A stretch of 64,000 nucleotides of DNA from Azolla caroliniana (Eukaryota > Plantae > Polypodiophyta), in the NCBI GenBank assembly GCA_043228905.1, contig JBHGNT010000021.1, forward strand, positions 8,680,001 through 8,744,000, given 5' to 3'. The stretch's first letter is position 1. Every line of letters begins with the position of its first letter. The translations under genes and the position numbers were made by a program. A model generated the notes under the pieces. That model made no database searches and was not told the origin of the DNA. It saw only the letters and a list, made by a program, of their open reading frames with translations. Of this stretch, positions 36,652 to 48,263 are shown piece after piece.

Positions 36652-38089
36652 TACGCACATAACACATCTATTCCGCTTCATAAGAATCCATCTCTTGATT
36701 CTTTACATGGTATCAGAGCGATTTGGTAGCTCGATCTAGCCCATTCGCCTCATCGTGATCGTGTGTTGTGCTCCACGCCGACGACCAAGAATCGGCTCAT
36801 CGCTATCGTAGCTTCGCTACATAGCTCGCATTCAAAGAGAGAAGAAGAAGAAGAAGAATTGACACAATCAATACTCAAATGGGGAGCGCTCTCCCTACCG
36901 AGAAGTTGGATCGAAACAACTTCGCATCTTGGGAGTACAAGATGCACCAATATCTTGTCGGACAAGGCTACTGGAGCGACATCAAAGGAGCGCACAAAGA
37001 CCGACCCGTCGACACGGCTCCCAGATACGCGACATGGGAGCAAGCCGCAAGCCGCGTGATGTATTGTTTGGCAACATGTGTTCACGACCACATGCTCGGT
37101 TACATTCGAGAAGCCAAGACGCCAAAGGAAGTGTGGGAAAATCTACGAAAGATTTTTGCTGCCAACACGACCGCGAGGAAGCTTCAACTCCGCCAAGAGT
37201 TGAACAACATTCAACAAAGGGACATGTCCATCACGACATACACCTTGAAGATCAAGGAGCTTTGCGACTCGCTCGGCTCAATAAGCGTAAGTTTCGATGA
37301 TGATGAGATGGTGCAAATATGCCTCGGTGGCCTCACACCACGGTTCGGAGCGATGCGAACCGCCTTTCTAGCAAGGGAGAAATCTGCCTCCTTCTTCGAG
37401 CTCCAATCAATGCTATTGGTTGAAGAAAACCACGTGTGTACAAGGAGCAATGAGTCGGAAGGTCACATGCTCTACACGCACTCAAATGGAGGAGCGAGAG
37501 GTCCGACCTACGACAACAACTCCCAATTTCGGCCATAAAACGGAAGCCAATGAGGAACCTTCGCAAGAAGGGGGAGCTTCCACTCCGGCCCGAGCCGTCA
37601 AAACGCAACCGAATGCGGATATTGCGGAAAGCTCTGTTAGGAAACAGGTCCCTCCGGATGGGAAGTGAGAAGAACAGTGTTGATGAGAAACTCGGCCTAG
37701 GACGGAACTGGATGTGGTGTACCCGGCAAGCGCCGGATGACGAGTACCCGACTACGGAGGACCCGGTGAGAACCGGATGACGAGTACCCGGCAAGAGCCG
37801 GATGGTGAGGACCCGGTGAGAATTGGATGACGAGTACCCGGCAAGAGCCGAATGGTGAAGACCCGGCGAGAACCGGATGAAGTATGCCCAGGAAGCGCCG
37901 GATGCTGCAGGCCCGGTGAGGAGTGCTCACCGGATGAAGGGACATATTCGTAAATATGTTTTCTGAGAGTCCATCGGGGCTATATTTGTAAATAGCCGAA
38001 AAGTCATATTAGTATAAATATGACTTAGGGCAAACTCAAAGTGTTGTTGTCATTCTTGTTGGTGCAACAATAGAGAGCGTGTAACACTG

Positions 38090-38134
<45 letters not shown>

Positions 38135-39516
38135 GTCGTTGCCTCTGTTGTAACTGCCGCCTGTGGCGAAGATCGTGAGCACGAGGTCGTTACCTCCGTG
38201 AGCTCACTATTGTAATCATTGTGATATAGTGATAGTTTGGAGTCTGTGGACTCCTATGGTTTTTCCCTCTCAGGGTTTTCAACGTTAAACATCCTGTGTA
38301 CTCTTCTCTCCTTTGTGTCACGCATTTGATTTCCCGTTTTCTCTGTTCGATTTTAGACTCAGTTGTGGCCGAGCGTTGTGCAAAGGGAGCGTGCATCCCT
38401 GTCAACGTGGTATTAGAGCGAAAGGACACAGAATATGGACGAATCGTTGGGAGGCATGTTCAAGCTCACCGGCTCCAACTATTCCGTGTGGAAGTCGAAG
38501 ATGAGGGATATGCTCGTGGTTAAAGATCTTTGGTTGCCGTTTCAGTTCGGGGACAAGAGATCGGACAAAATCGACGCCATGATATGGGAGGTGATGCACA
38601 TGAAGACAACGGCGTACATATGGTGCTTCATCGACATGAGCCTTTACAACAACTTCAATGAAGAGAGCTAGGCTCATGAGCTCTGGGAGAAGATCGACAT
38701 TATGTTTCAGAACAAAAATGTTGTTAACCAAGTTTCGGTATTCCGGAAGCTAGTAAGTCTCCGGTACCAAGATGGCTCCAGCATGGCGGAGCACATGAAT
38801 GCTTTCTAGGGGCTGATAGACCAAGCAACATCATTGGAAGTACCTCTCGCCGATGAGGTACTAGCGCTACTCCTACTGGGTTCCCTCTCGGATAGCTGGG
38901 AGACGTTGGTTGTCACTTTGGGCCACGCAGGGCCGGAAGGGAAATGGTTATCCCTAGCAAGAGTAAAGTCGAGCTTGCTAGATGAGGAGGCGCATCGGAA
39001 AGATAAGGATACGAGCTCTGACACCAAAGCGCTTCTTACCGAATCGGAACGCAGAAGACAAAGGAACCGTAGTCCCCAGAACTGGGAAAAGTCGGGGACA
39101 CAGTCAAAGTCGAGGGGGAGGCCTACCTGCTTCTATTGCGGCAAGCGGGGACACTTCCAGAGGAACTGTCGGCATTTCCGAAAAGACAAGGAAACCAACG
39201 GTACCGATTCGAAGCGGATACCGGACCGGAACGGTAAAGACCGGAAGGGAACGCTGGCAATCGCAGCAAGTGAAGCAGAGTTGATGCTCATCACTGAGGA
39301 GAGTGAGCTAAACCATGCCGACGACGAGATGACCTGGGTGGTCGACTCCGGAGCGTCGTTCCACCTTACCCTGGACCGGAAATGTTTCTCATCCTACTCA
39401 ACCGGTGATCACGGCTGTGTCCGGATGGGGAATGAAGGTACATGCCAAATTGTCGGCATAGGAGACGTGACAACACCAACCAGATGCAAGATGTTGTTAA
39501 AGGATGTCCGACACGT

Positions 39517-42500
39517 TGTCGCGTTGCTACACGCGTGCGTGGCGAAGCGCGGGACCACGGGGGTCTTGGACTAAGGAGTAGAGGAGAAGGAATCAAACAC
39601 AGAATGGAAGCTTTGCTCAGGAAGAAGACGAATCAACAAGAGATTAGATCGAACAAGAGGAAGATGGAGACAAGATGATCAACAAGATATATTAAAACGA
39701 AATGAACGTTTACAAAAATGGTGGCCGCATCGGCCGCACCAAACGAGTACTCGAAACCCTAACCGACGAAGATGAAGATCACGATAAAGAAACCCTAACC
39801 CTAACCCTAACGCTCGACCTATGTGGTATACCTCGCACACTCAAAATAGGCAACCCCTCATAAGTGACCCCTCCCTTCCTTTTATAGCCCAAGGAAGGGG
39901 GGACCTTACAATGTGGGATAAAATTCCCCTCTTCTTTCTACACACCCTTTTCTAGTATACACGTGCACATGTTGCACACCACCGATTTGCCCATTCCACC
40001 CCGGTTTCACACTATAGCCGGAAATCTTCACAACATCCACCCCCACCAAACCGCACATCCACCGGTATGTTGCAAGAAAGGAAAAGGGTGAGAGATTTCG
40101 GCGACGGTGATCAACCGGGTCTTTCGCCTTACCGGCACCCAACCGACTTGCCGACTCCTTACCGGCCCCGACCCGCCGGCTCCATCCGATCCACCATGTC
40201 CACCGTGGGTCCTTGAACCACCGACTACATCCGACCCGCCGTATCCGATGCCCGTGCTTTCCTCCCCGTTCGGTCTTCCCGAACGTCGTTGCTGACCCGG
40301 TTGCTCTTCCTTTGTCCGCCCCGTATATCCTCCGGATGCGCTCCCGGTCGCATGCCGGATTCCGCCCTTTGCGTGCCGCGCACCTCGGCGTGCCAACTTT
40401 CTCCGCTCCGCGCTTGCCTTCCGTAGGCTTTCCCTGTATGTCGATGCTCTCCTCCGAGTGCGTGCTCGTGCTTCGGTCCTTCGATGACCCCATCACGCGC
40501 TTTTCGCTTTCCCCTTGTTCGCCGTGCTCTCTCGTGGTAGAGCGTACTGCCATCCCGACCTCCGTTTCGGTGTCCCTCAAGGCTCTCGTTACTGCTTCGC
40601 CTCGACTTCCCGACGCGTAGCCCGTTGCTCTCTGCGCACCTTCTTCGGTTCTCACGACATAGCCTTCCGTGCTCACCGATCATCCGCCAATACCGAAACC
40701 CCACCACTCCGCCTCTCGTCGTGTGCTTGCCTCTCAAAGGCTCGACCGGTCCGTCGTTGCTAGTCACTCGTCGTAGCTCTCTCGGATGCATGCTCGTTCT
40801 TGGGCCCTTCACCGACCGTAATGCATGCTTCGTGTTACGCCCTTCATCCGTCGTAGACCCGACCTCCACGTCGGCCACTTCTTCCTTTGTCACTGGGGCC
40901 CGTTCCGACTCGGGCTCGCCATCTTGGCCCGATTGGGCTCGCATGTCCTTCAGAACACCGCGTTTTCTCTTCCCGGTGCGTAGCCCCCCGTTCTCCACGC
41001 ACCTCCTCCATTTTCCTAGATATGACTCTCCCTCCGCTCATGCCGATCGCGATCGGCCCATGTCGTCGATCTGGGTGTTTCGTCGCGCCGTCCTTCGTCC
41101 CACGCTTGCCTCTCGAAGGCTTGACCGGACCGTCATCGTCGGTCAATCGTTGTCGCCCATCCGCCGTATGCATGCTTGTGTCTTGGCCCTCCATCGGCCG
41201 TATTGCATGCGTCTCGTGTCGCGCTTCCGTCGTAGTAGACCCGACCTCCGCGTCGGTCTCCAACTCCTCGCCGCCACCCACCGTTTCTTCGGTATCCCTT
41301 TGATCCGCGACTACCGATGCCTCAGGGATAGGTGTGGAGGGTTCCTCCCACTCTCGGTCCACCACCGAGTCCTCGCCTCTCAAAGGCTCAATCGGTCCAC
41401 CGTTTCCGGTCACTCGTTGACGCTCCCCCGAGTGCATGCTTGTTCCTTGACCCTCCACCAGCCGTAGTGCATGCTTCACTTCACGCTCATCCGCCGTAGA
41501 CCCGACCTCTACGTTGGTCTCTTCGTCCTTCCCACACCGGGCATCCACTCCGGTACCCGATTCCGCATTGTCTTCCAATTCCTCGCCGCCACCCGCCATC
41601 TCTTCGGTCTTCCGTTGATCCGCAACCGCCGAAGTCTCAAGCATAGGTGTGGAGGGCTCCTCTTGCTCTCGACCTCTCACCGACCCGTACTCGTCGTGCC
41701 CGGTTAGCCTCCTTCTCGCTCTCACCGGCTCCCACCGTAACCGTACCCGACCGGCTACGAATCGATCAAACAATCCCGGTCTTGCCGGCTTCCTTCGGTT
41801 CATGCCCGGTTGACCGGCCCCCACTTCACTCTTCTTCTGCTCCGCCTCCCGGTCAAGTCGGATTACCGACCGGCTCACCTTTCGGTCGGGTCGGTTCCCT
41901 ACTCGCTCCTCAATGCCGCTCCGGACCTCTCCTTCGGTCTTAAAGTTTTCGCATGTGCCCACTCCGGGCCTCTCATCCTCACGGCTACCGCCCATCTCTC
42001 CGGTCTTATGTCCGCGCTCGGGCGCAATCACCGAAGTCTCCGGCCCCGGTGTCGAGGGGTCTCGCCTCCTTCCGCTACAAACCTCCTCTTCATCATTTCG
42101 GTTGCCCGCCTTGCCGCCGCCACCGTCCGTCTCTCTAGGTCTCACACCGGCTCTCGGGCTGGTTGCCAAAGTCTCTAGGACCGGTGTGTGGAAGGTCGCG
42201 GCACCGTCGCTCGTCTCCTCTTCTGCCTCGATTTCGCAAGCCTCGAGTATGCTCACGAAATCCTCGTAGAACGTTTCGGGCAACCGCGTCCCGAAACTTT
42301 CGCCCACTCTCGAAGTGGCGTCCATTGCTCCGTAGATATCGGCCTCATCCATGACCGTCCTCTTTCCACAAGTCGAGAGGGTCGCTCGCTCCGCACCCTC
42401 TCCCACATCGTCGCCGTGGTCGTCCGCCTTGCCGCCGCCACCGTTCATTACCCTAGGTCTCACGCGGGCACTCGGGCCGGCCGCTGGGGTCTCTTGAACC

Positions 42501-44322
42501 GGTGCATGTAAGGTAGCAACGCCGCAGCTCGTCGATGCTATGCCCGTAGCCACCTCCATTCGGACATCGTCGTCCGTGGCTACCCAGCCTCCGTATATGC
42601 AAGCATCAATTATGCTTGCCGCCTCCTCTTCCACGGTCTCCTTACCGTTGTCTCGGTTGCCCGCCTTGCCACCGCCACCGCCCGTCGCTCTAGGTCTCAT
42701 GCCGGCACTTGGGCCAACCGCCGGTGCCTCTAGGGCCGGTGTGTGTAAGGTCGCGGCACCGCCGCTTGTCTCCTCCCCACTCGATGTTTCGGGCTGCCAT
42801 GTCCCGAATCCGTAGTTACCGGCCTCCATGGCCGTCCATTTGCCGCAAGACGAGAGGGTCGCTCTTTCCGCACCCTCTCCCATATCACCATCGTGGTCGC
42901 CCGCCTTGTCGCCTCCACCACCCGTCACTCTAGGTCTCACACCGGCTCTCGGGCCGGTTGCCGGAGTCTCTAGGCCCGGTGTGCATAAGGTCCCAGCACC
43001 ATCGCCCGTCTTCTCCCCGCTAGATGTTTCGGGCCTCCATGCCCGAATTCCCTCATGTCCGCTCGAATCGGCGATCGCCGCCTCACCGTCCCCGACCTCG
43101 TCCTCGGTCGATCTTTCTCCGCATGTCGAGAGGGTGGCTCGTCCCGCAGCCTCTCCAGTGGTACCGATGTACCATTCTCTTTCGGCCTCCTCATCCTCCG
43201 ATCCGCTCGGGCCCGACTCCGCAATAAGCCCTTCTTCGGCTTCAATTTGTGCCTCTACAATCTCGTACGCTTCCCGCACCAAGGCTTCGATGTCGAGCTC
43301 CTCTAAACCGATTTGCGTTGAGCTCTCTTTTGGTGGTAGTGCGTAGTCGGTCGCCGCTCTCTCTTCTCCTCCGCTCGCGAGCCGTGTTGTGGCAGAGCGC
43401 CTCTTATCGCATTGTATGCACGCCCATTCCACCTCATTCCAATCTTCGGTGAGGCCGTACGCCCCTTCATCGTCTTCGAGGTAGGGAAAAATGACCATTC
43501 TCCCCCTTTCGTTGACCGACTTCATGAATAGTGGGACCTTGTCCGCCCCCACCGATTCTTGATCCCAGACCGAAAGTTGGGAAAACCGGAGATCGAACTC
43601 CCGGAATGCCTTCATTGCGCTTCGAGGAGCCTTTGCCGACGACACCCATAGATCGAACTCACGTTGATCGTACATGTACGCCTCTTCCCGTCTTTCTCTC
43701 CTTCTTGCGAAATCCCTTGCCATTCTCGTAATTACTTCCGCAATGTCTCCGGCTTCCATCTCCTTCCTCCCTTGCCGCCTCTTCACGTCGGGTTCACCAA
43801 ATATGTCGCGTTGCTACACGCGTGTGTGGCGAAGGGCGGGACCACGGGGGTCTTGGACTAAGGAGTAGAGGAGAAGGAATCAGACACGGAATGGAAGCTT
43901 TGCTCAGGAAGAAGACGAATCAACAAGAGATTAGATCGAAAAAGAGGAAGATGGAGACAATATGATCAACAAGATATATTAAAACAAAATGAACGATTAC
44001 AAAAATGGTGGCCGCATCGGCCGCACCAAACGACTACTCAAAACCCTAACCGACGAAGATGAAGATCACGATAAAGAAACCCTAACCCTAACCCTAACGC
44101 TCGACCTATGTGGTATACCTCGCACACTTAAAATAGGCAACCGCTCATAAGTGACCCCTCCCTTCCTTTTATAGCCCAAGGAAGGGGGGACCTTACAATG
44201 TGGGATAAAATTCCCCTCTTCTTTCTACACACCCTTTCCTAGTATACACGTGCACATGTTGCACACCACTAATTTGCCCATTCCACCCCGGTTTCACACT
44301 ATAGCCGGAAATCTTCACGACA
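39517..44322 (-). mobile_element. G4: non-autonomous LTR element of the G1/G2 group, no pol
   Basis: 519-bp LTRs 39517-40035 and 43804-44322 (~3% different); 4-bp TSD ACGT; Trp PBS 43782-43799; PPT and adjacent motif 40036-40069 shared with G2. Confidence 0.95.
40844..43759 (-). CDS. G4 ORF: partial Gag fused to a repeat-built acidic/Gly-rich region (~970 aa; probably continued past a frameshift to ~40225 or further)
   Basis: N-terminus RSAMKAFREFDLRFSQLS...LFMKSV...GLTEDWNEV aligns with G2 Gag RSASVLLREFEERFVRLS...LFVKSV...GLTTDWAAV; two in-frame repeat classes follow. Confidence 0.8.
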   Translation of the reverse strand: MEAGDIAEVITRMARDFARRRERREEAYMYDQREFDLWVSSAKAPRSAMKAFREFDLRFSQLSVWDQESVGADKVPLFMKSVNERGRMVIFPYLEDDEGAYGLTEDWNEVEWACIQCDKRRSATTRLASGGEERAATDYALPPKESSTQIGLEELDIEALVREAYEIVEAQIEAEEGLIAESGPSGSEDEEAEREWYIGTTGEAAGRATLSTCGERSTEDEVGDGEAAIADSSGHEGIRAWRPETSSGEKTGDGAGTLCTPGLETPATGPRAGVRPRVTGGGGDKAGDHDGDMGEGAERATLSSCGKWTAMEAGNYGFGTWQPETSSGEETSGGAATLHTPALEAPAVGPSAGMRPRATGGGGGKAGNRDNGKETVEEEAASIIDACIYGGWVATDDDVRMEVATGIASTSCGVATLHAPVQETPAAGPSARVRPRVMNGGGGKADDHGDDVGEGAERATLSTCGKRTVMDEADIYGAMDATSRVGESFGTRLPETFYEDFVSILEACEIEAEEETSDGAATFHTPVLETLATSPRAGVRPRETDGGGGKAGNRNDEEEVCSGRRRDPSTPGPETSVIAPERGHKTGEMGGSREDERPGVGTCENFKTEGEVRSGIEERVGNRPDRKVSRSVIRLDREAEQKKSEVGAGQPGMNRRKPARPGLFDRFVAGRVRLRWEPVRARRRLTGHDEYGSVRGREQEEPSTPMLETSAVADQRKTEEMAGGGEELEDNAESGTGVDARCGKDEETNVEVGSTADEREVKHALRLVEGQGTSMHSGERQRVTGNGGPIEPLRGEDSVVDREWEEPSTPIPEASVVADQRDTEETVGGGEELETDAEVGSTTTEARHETHAIRPMEGQDTSMHTADGRQRLTDDDGPVKPSRGKRGTKDGATKHPDRRHGPIAIGMSGGRVISRKMEEVRGERGATHREEKTRCSEGHASPIGPRWRARVGTGPSDKGRSGRRGGRVYDG

Positions 44323-47196
44323 ACGTTCCGGAGGTTCGTCTGAGCCTGATATCAGCCGGTCACTAGATGATGAAGGCTACACGGGTAGCATCCGGAACGG
44401 TGTTATGAAGTTCAGCAAAGGGAGCCTAATTGTGCCTCGGGCACGAAAGGTAAACACATTGTACCTGATGAATGCCCGATTATGTCCGGAGGAAGTGAAC
44501 ATGGCATCCGACACTGCCGGTGAGTTGTGGCACAAAAGGTTGTGTCACATGAGCGAGAAGGGTATGAAGAGGCTTGCAGACGACAACCTCATTCCAGTGA
44601 AGAACGTGCTCTTGGAGAAGTGCACTGATTGTTTGGCCGGTAAACAAAACCGGACCTCCTTCCATTCGAGGCCACTGATGAGACGTAATGCGCCACTAGA
44701 GTTGGTGCATACTGATGTGTGTTAGGTGGACACGAAGTCACATGCAGGATCGCAGTACTTCGTGACATTCATAGATAACCACAGCCGGAAGCTGTGGCCC
44801 ACACCGTTGAAGACAAAGGATCAGGTGTTATCCGTCTTCAAAGAGCTCCACGCGAGAGTGGAAAGAGAAACCGGCCGGAAGATGAAGGCGGTTCGAGCAG
44901 ATAACGAAGGTGAATACAGGGGGCAGTTCGAGGAGTATTGTCGCTCGAAGGGAATCCGGCTCGAATTTACCGTGCCGAAGACGCCGGAACTAAACGGGCT
45001 AGCCGAGAGGATGAATCAGACTATAATGGAGAGGGTCCGGAGTATGCTAGCGCATGCAAAACAACCCAAGACATTTTGGGTTGAGGCATTGTCGATGACG
45101 ATATATGTGATAAACAGATCACCCTCAGTACCCTTGGACGGAGACATGCCGCAGAGAGTATGGACCGGTAAGGAAGTGTCCTACCGGCATCTGAAGGTGT
45201 TCGGGTGTCTCGAGTACGTGCATGTTGCTAAGGACCGGAGAGGAAAGCTAGATCCGAAGACCCGGCCATGCATATTCCTCGGTTACGGCGACGATGAGTT
45301 CGGCTACCGAGTGTGGGACCCGGTCGACAAGAAGGTATTCCGGAGTCGAGATATTATCTTCATGGAGGACAAGACCCTCACTGACTGGGAGTCGGAGAAG
45401 AAGATAATGAACTTCGAGTCGATCGGTAAGGATCGATTCTACGATAAGCAGACCCAACCGGCAAGAGACCGGTTAGCACTCGAGGAACCAGCCGGTTATG
45501 GTGAGGATACCGAACCGGCAGAAGAAGAAGTAGAGGAAGCTGAAACCGGAACCGGCCAAGACCCTAAATCGGATTCGGATGAAGAGCAAATGGAGGAGCC
45601 AGTTACTGAAGCCCAAAGACAGAGATATCCTCTTAGAGAGAGAAGGCCCCCCCAGAGATTTCCGGATGCAGAGCATGTGTTGCTAACCGATGAGGGGGAG
45701 CCAGTAAGCTTCAAAGAAGCGAAGGATGACACCCACAGCCGCAAATGGTTAAGTGCCATGCAGGATGAGATGGATTCCCTGCATGAGAACCATATGTACG
45801 AATTGGTGGAGTTGCCGAAAGGAAAGCAGACACCGAAACAAGTGGGTGTACAAGTTGAAACCGGGAGATTCCGACAACCCCCCGAGATACAAAGCCAGGA
45901 TCGTGGTGAAGGGGTTCCAGTAAAAGAAGGGCGTGGACTTCGACGAGATATTTGTCCCAGTAGTAAAGACGACCTCCATCCGAACGGTGTTGAGTATAGC
46001 GGCAAGCATGGACCTCGAGGTAGAGCAGCTGGACGTGAAGACGACATTCCTTCACGGTGACCTCAAAGAGGAGACCTACATGCAACAACCGGAAGGATTC
46101 GTGGAGAAAGGGAAGGAGCACCTGGTTTGCCAGTTGAAGAATAGCCTCTACGGGTTGAAGTAGGCCCCCCGGCAATGGTACCGGAAGTTAGACTCCTTCA
46201 TGACCGATCAAGGGTACCACAAGACGCAGGCTGATCACTGCGTGTTTGTGAAGAAGTTCGAAGGAGGCGACTTCCTGATACTCCTTCTGTACGTGGACGA
46301 CATGTTGATCGTCGGACGAGACCAAGTCAAAATACGGATGCTGAAGAAGGCCCTCAACCGGACATTCTCAATGAAAGACTTGGGTCCGGCAAGACAGATT
46401 CTGGGGATGCATATCATCTGGAACCGGCCAACAAAGAAGTTGTGGTTGTCACAGGAGAAATACGTGACAAAGGTGCTTTAACAGTTCAACATGTTAGATG
46501 CGAAACCGGTCGGATCGACACTTCCGGCAAACTGCAGATTATCCGGTAAGCAAAGCACGAAGACGAAAGCAGAGACGGTTGATATGATGAAGGTTCCATA
46601 TGCCTCTGCCATCGGGAGCTTAATGTACGGAATGGTGTGTACCCAACCGAATATAGGATACGCAGTCGGAGTGGTGAGCCGGTTTATGAGCAATCCCGAC
46701 AAGGAGCACTGGAACGTCGTCAAATGGGTACTCCGGTACTTGAAGGGCACTTCGAATATGTGTCTCCGATTCGGCTTCGGTAAACCTCAACTTGACAGTT
46801 TTACTGATTCAGACATGTCGGCTGATGTGGATACCAGCTGGTCTACATCTAGGTATGTAATGACATATGCAGGGGGAGTTGTTTCGTGGCAGTCGAGGCT
46901 GCAGAAGACGATTGCGTTGTCAACTATGGAGGCGGAGTACATGGTGGCTGTGGAAGCCGACAAGGAAATACTATGGATGAAGGACTTCATGGGAGAGCTC
47001 GGTATCCGGCAAGATGAATACCGGCTCTATTGCGACAGTCAAAGTGCCATCCACCTTGCTAAGAATGCGGCCTACCATTCCCGGACGAAGCATATCCAAC
47101 GAAGGTATCACTGGATCCGGGAAAGAGTAGATGACCAGGAGTTCGCGTTGACGAAGATCCACACGGCTATTGTAACCGCCACCTGTGGCAAAGATC

Positions 47197-47239
<43 letters not shown>

Positions 47240-47929
47240 GTTGTTGCCTCTATTGTAACCGCCACCTGTGGCGAAGATCGTGAGCATGAGGTCATTGCCT
47301 CCGTGAGCTCACAATTGTAATCATTGTGATATAGCGATAGTTTGGAGTCTATGGACTCCCGTGGTTTTTCCCTCTCAGGGTTTTCCACATTAAACATCCT
47401 GTGTACTCTTCTCTCCTTTCTGTCGTGCGTTTCATTTCCCGTTTTCTGTGTTCGATTTTAGACTCGGTTGTGGCCGAGCGTTGTGCAAAGGGAGCGTGCA
47501 TCCCTGTCAAGCTCGGCCACCATGAAGAAGAGTGCCGAAAGAAGATGCGCGAAATGGCTTCCACAAGCCGACAACTCACGAATTACACGCACAAGTCCCA
47601 TTACGAAGATCGTGGCGGAAGGTATGCACACAACTCCAACCGTGGCAAAATGTATGGGCACAACTCCAACTACGAAGATCGTGGCGGAATGTATGCACAC
47701 AACTCCGACCATGGCGAAATGTTCATGATGAAACATATAACAAACTCTATGTCGGCCTCTACCTCAACTAGTGCCTCCGGTCCGGAAGACGTATGGTTCA
47801 TCGATTCCGGTTCCTCGAACCATATGACATCGCATCAAGAATGGTTCCGAGAACTTCGAGAGCCAGACCGACCCGGCTACGTCAAAACCGGAGACGACAC
47901 TACGCACCCGATTCGGCACATCGGCAATG

Positions 47930-48263
47930 TTCCGTTCGGAAAAGAAGGTAAGCAAAATTACATTAAAAATGTCTTGCATGTACCAACCATTACGAAGAAT
48001 TTGGTCTTCGTCAGCCAAATTGTAGAGCAAGGGATGCCAGTTCAATTTAATCAAGGCGGTTGCTTCATCGAAAAAGAGGGCCGACTCATCGCACGCTTCC
48101 GTTCGGAAAAGAAGGTAAGCAAAATTACATTAAAAATGTCTTGCATGTACCAACCATTACGAAGAATTTGGTCTTCGTCAGCCAAATTGTAGAGCAAGGG
48201 ATGCCAGTTCAATTTAATCAAGGCGGTTGCTTCATCGAAAAAGAGGGCCGACTCATCGCACGC
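47930..48263. repeat. Exact 167-bp tandem duplication in C1 protease region (frameshifting)
   Basis: 47930-48096 equals 48097-48263. Confidence 0.92.

Larger units (their letters stand above)
38435..47166 (+). pseudogene. C3 gag-pol, interrupted by G4, multiple stops
   Basis: Pol closely matches C2; coding resumes at 44323 (HVPEVRL). Confidence 0.92.
37635..47509 (+). mobile_element. C3: Tnt1-like Copia element inserted in the C1 zinc knuckle
   Basis: TSD AGCTC at 37630-37634 and 47510-47514; 5' LTR 37635-38404; PBS TGGTATTAGAGCG at 38408; 3' LTR truncated (~47200-47509). Confidence 0.95.

Noticed and set aside
39790-39810. Interstitial telomere or chromosome fusion site
   Set aside because: Only three units, at the same position in each LTR copy.
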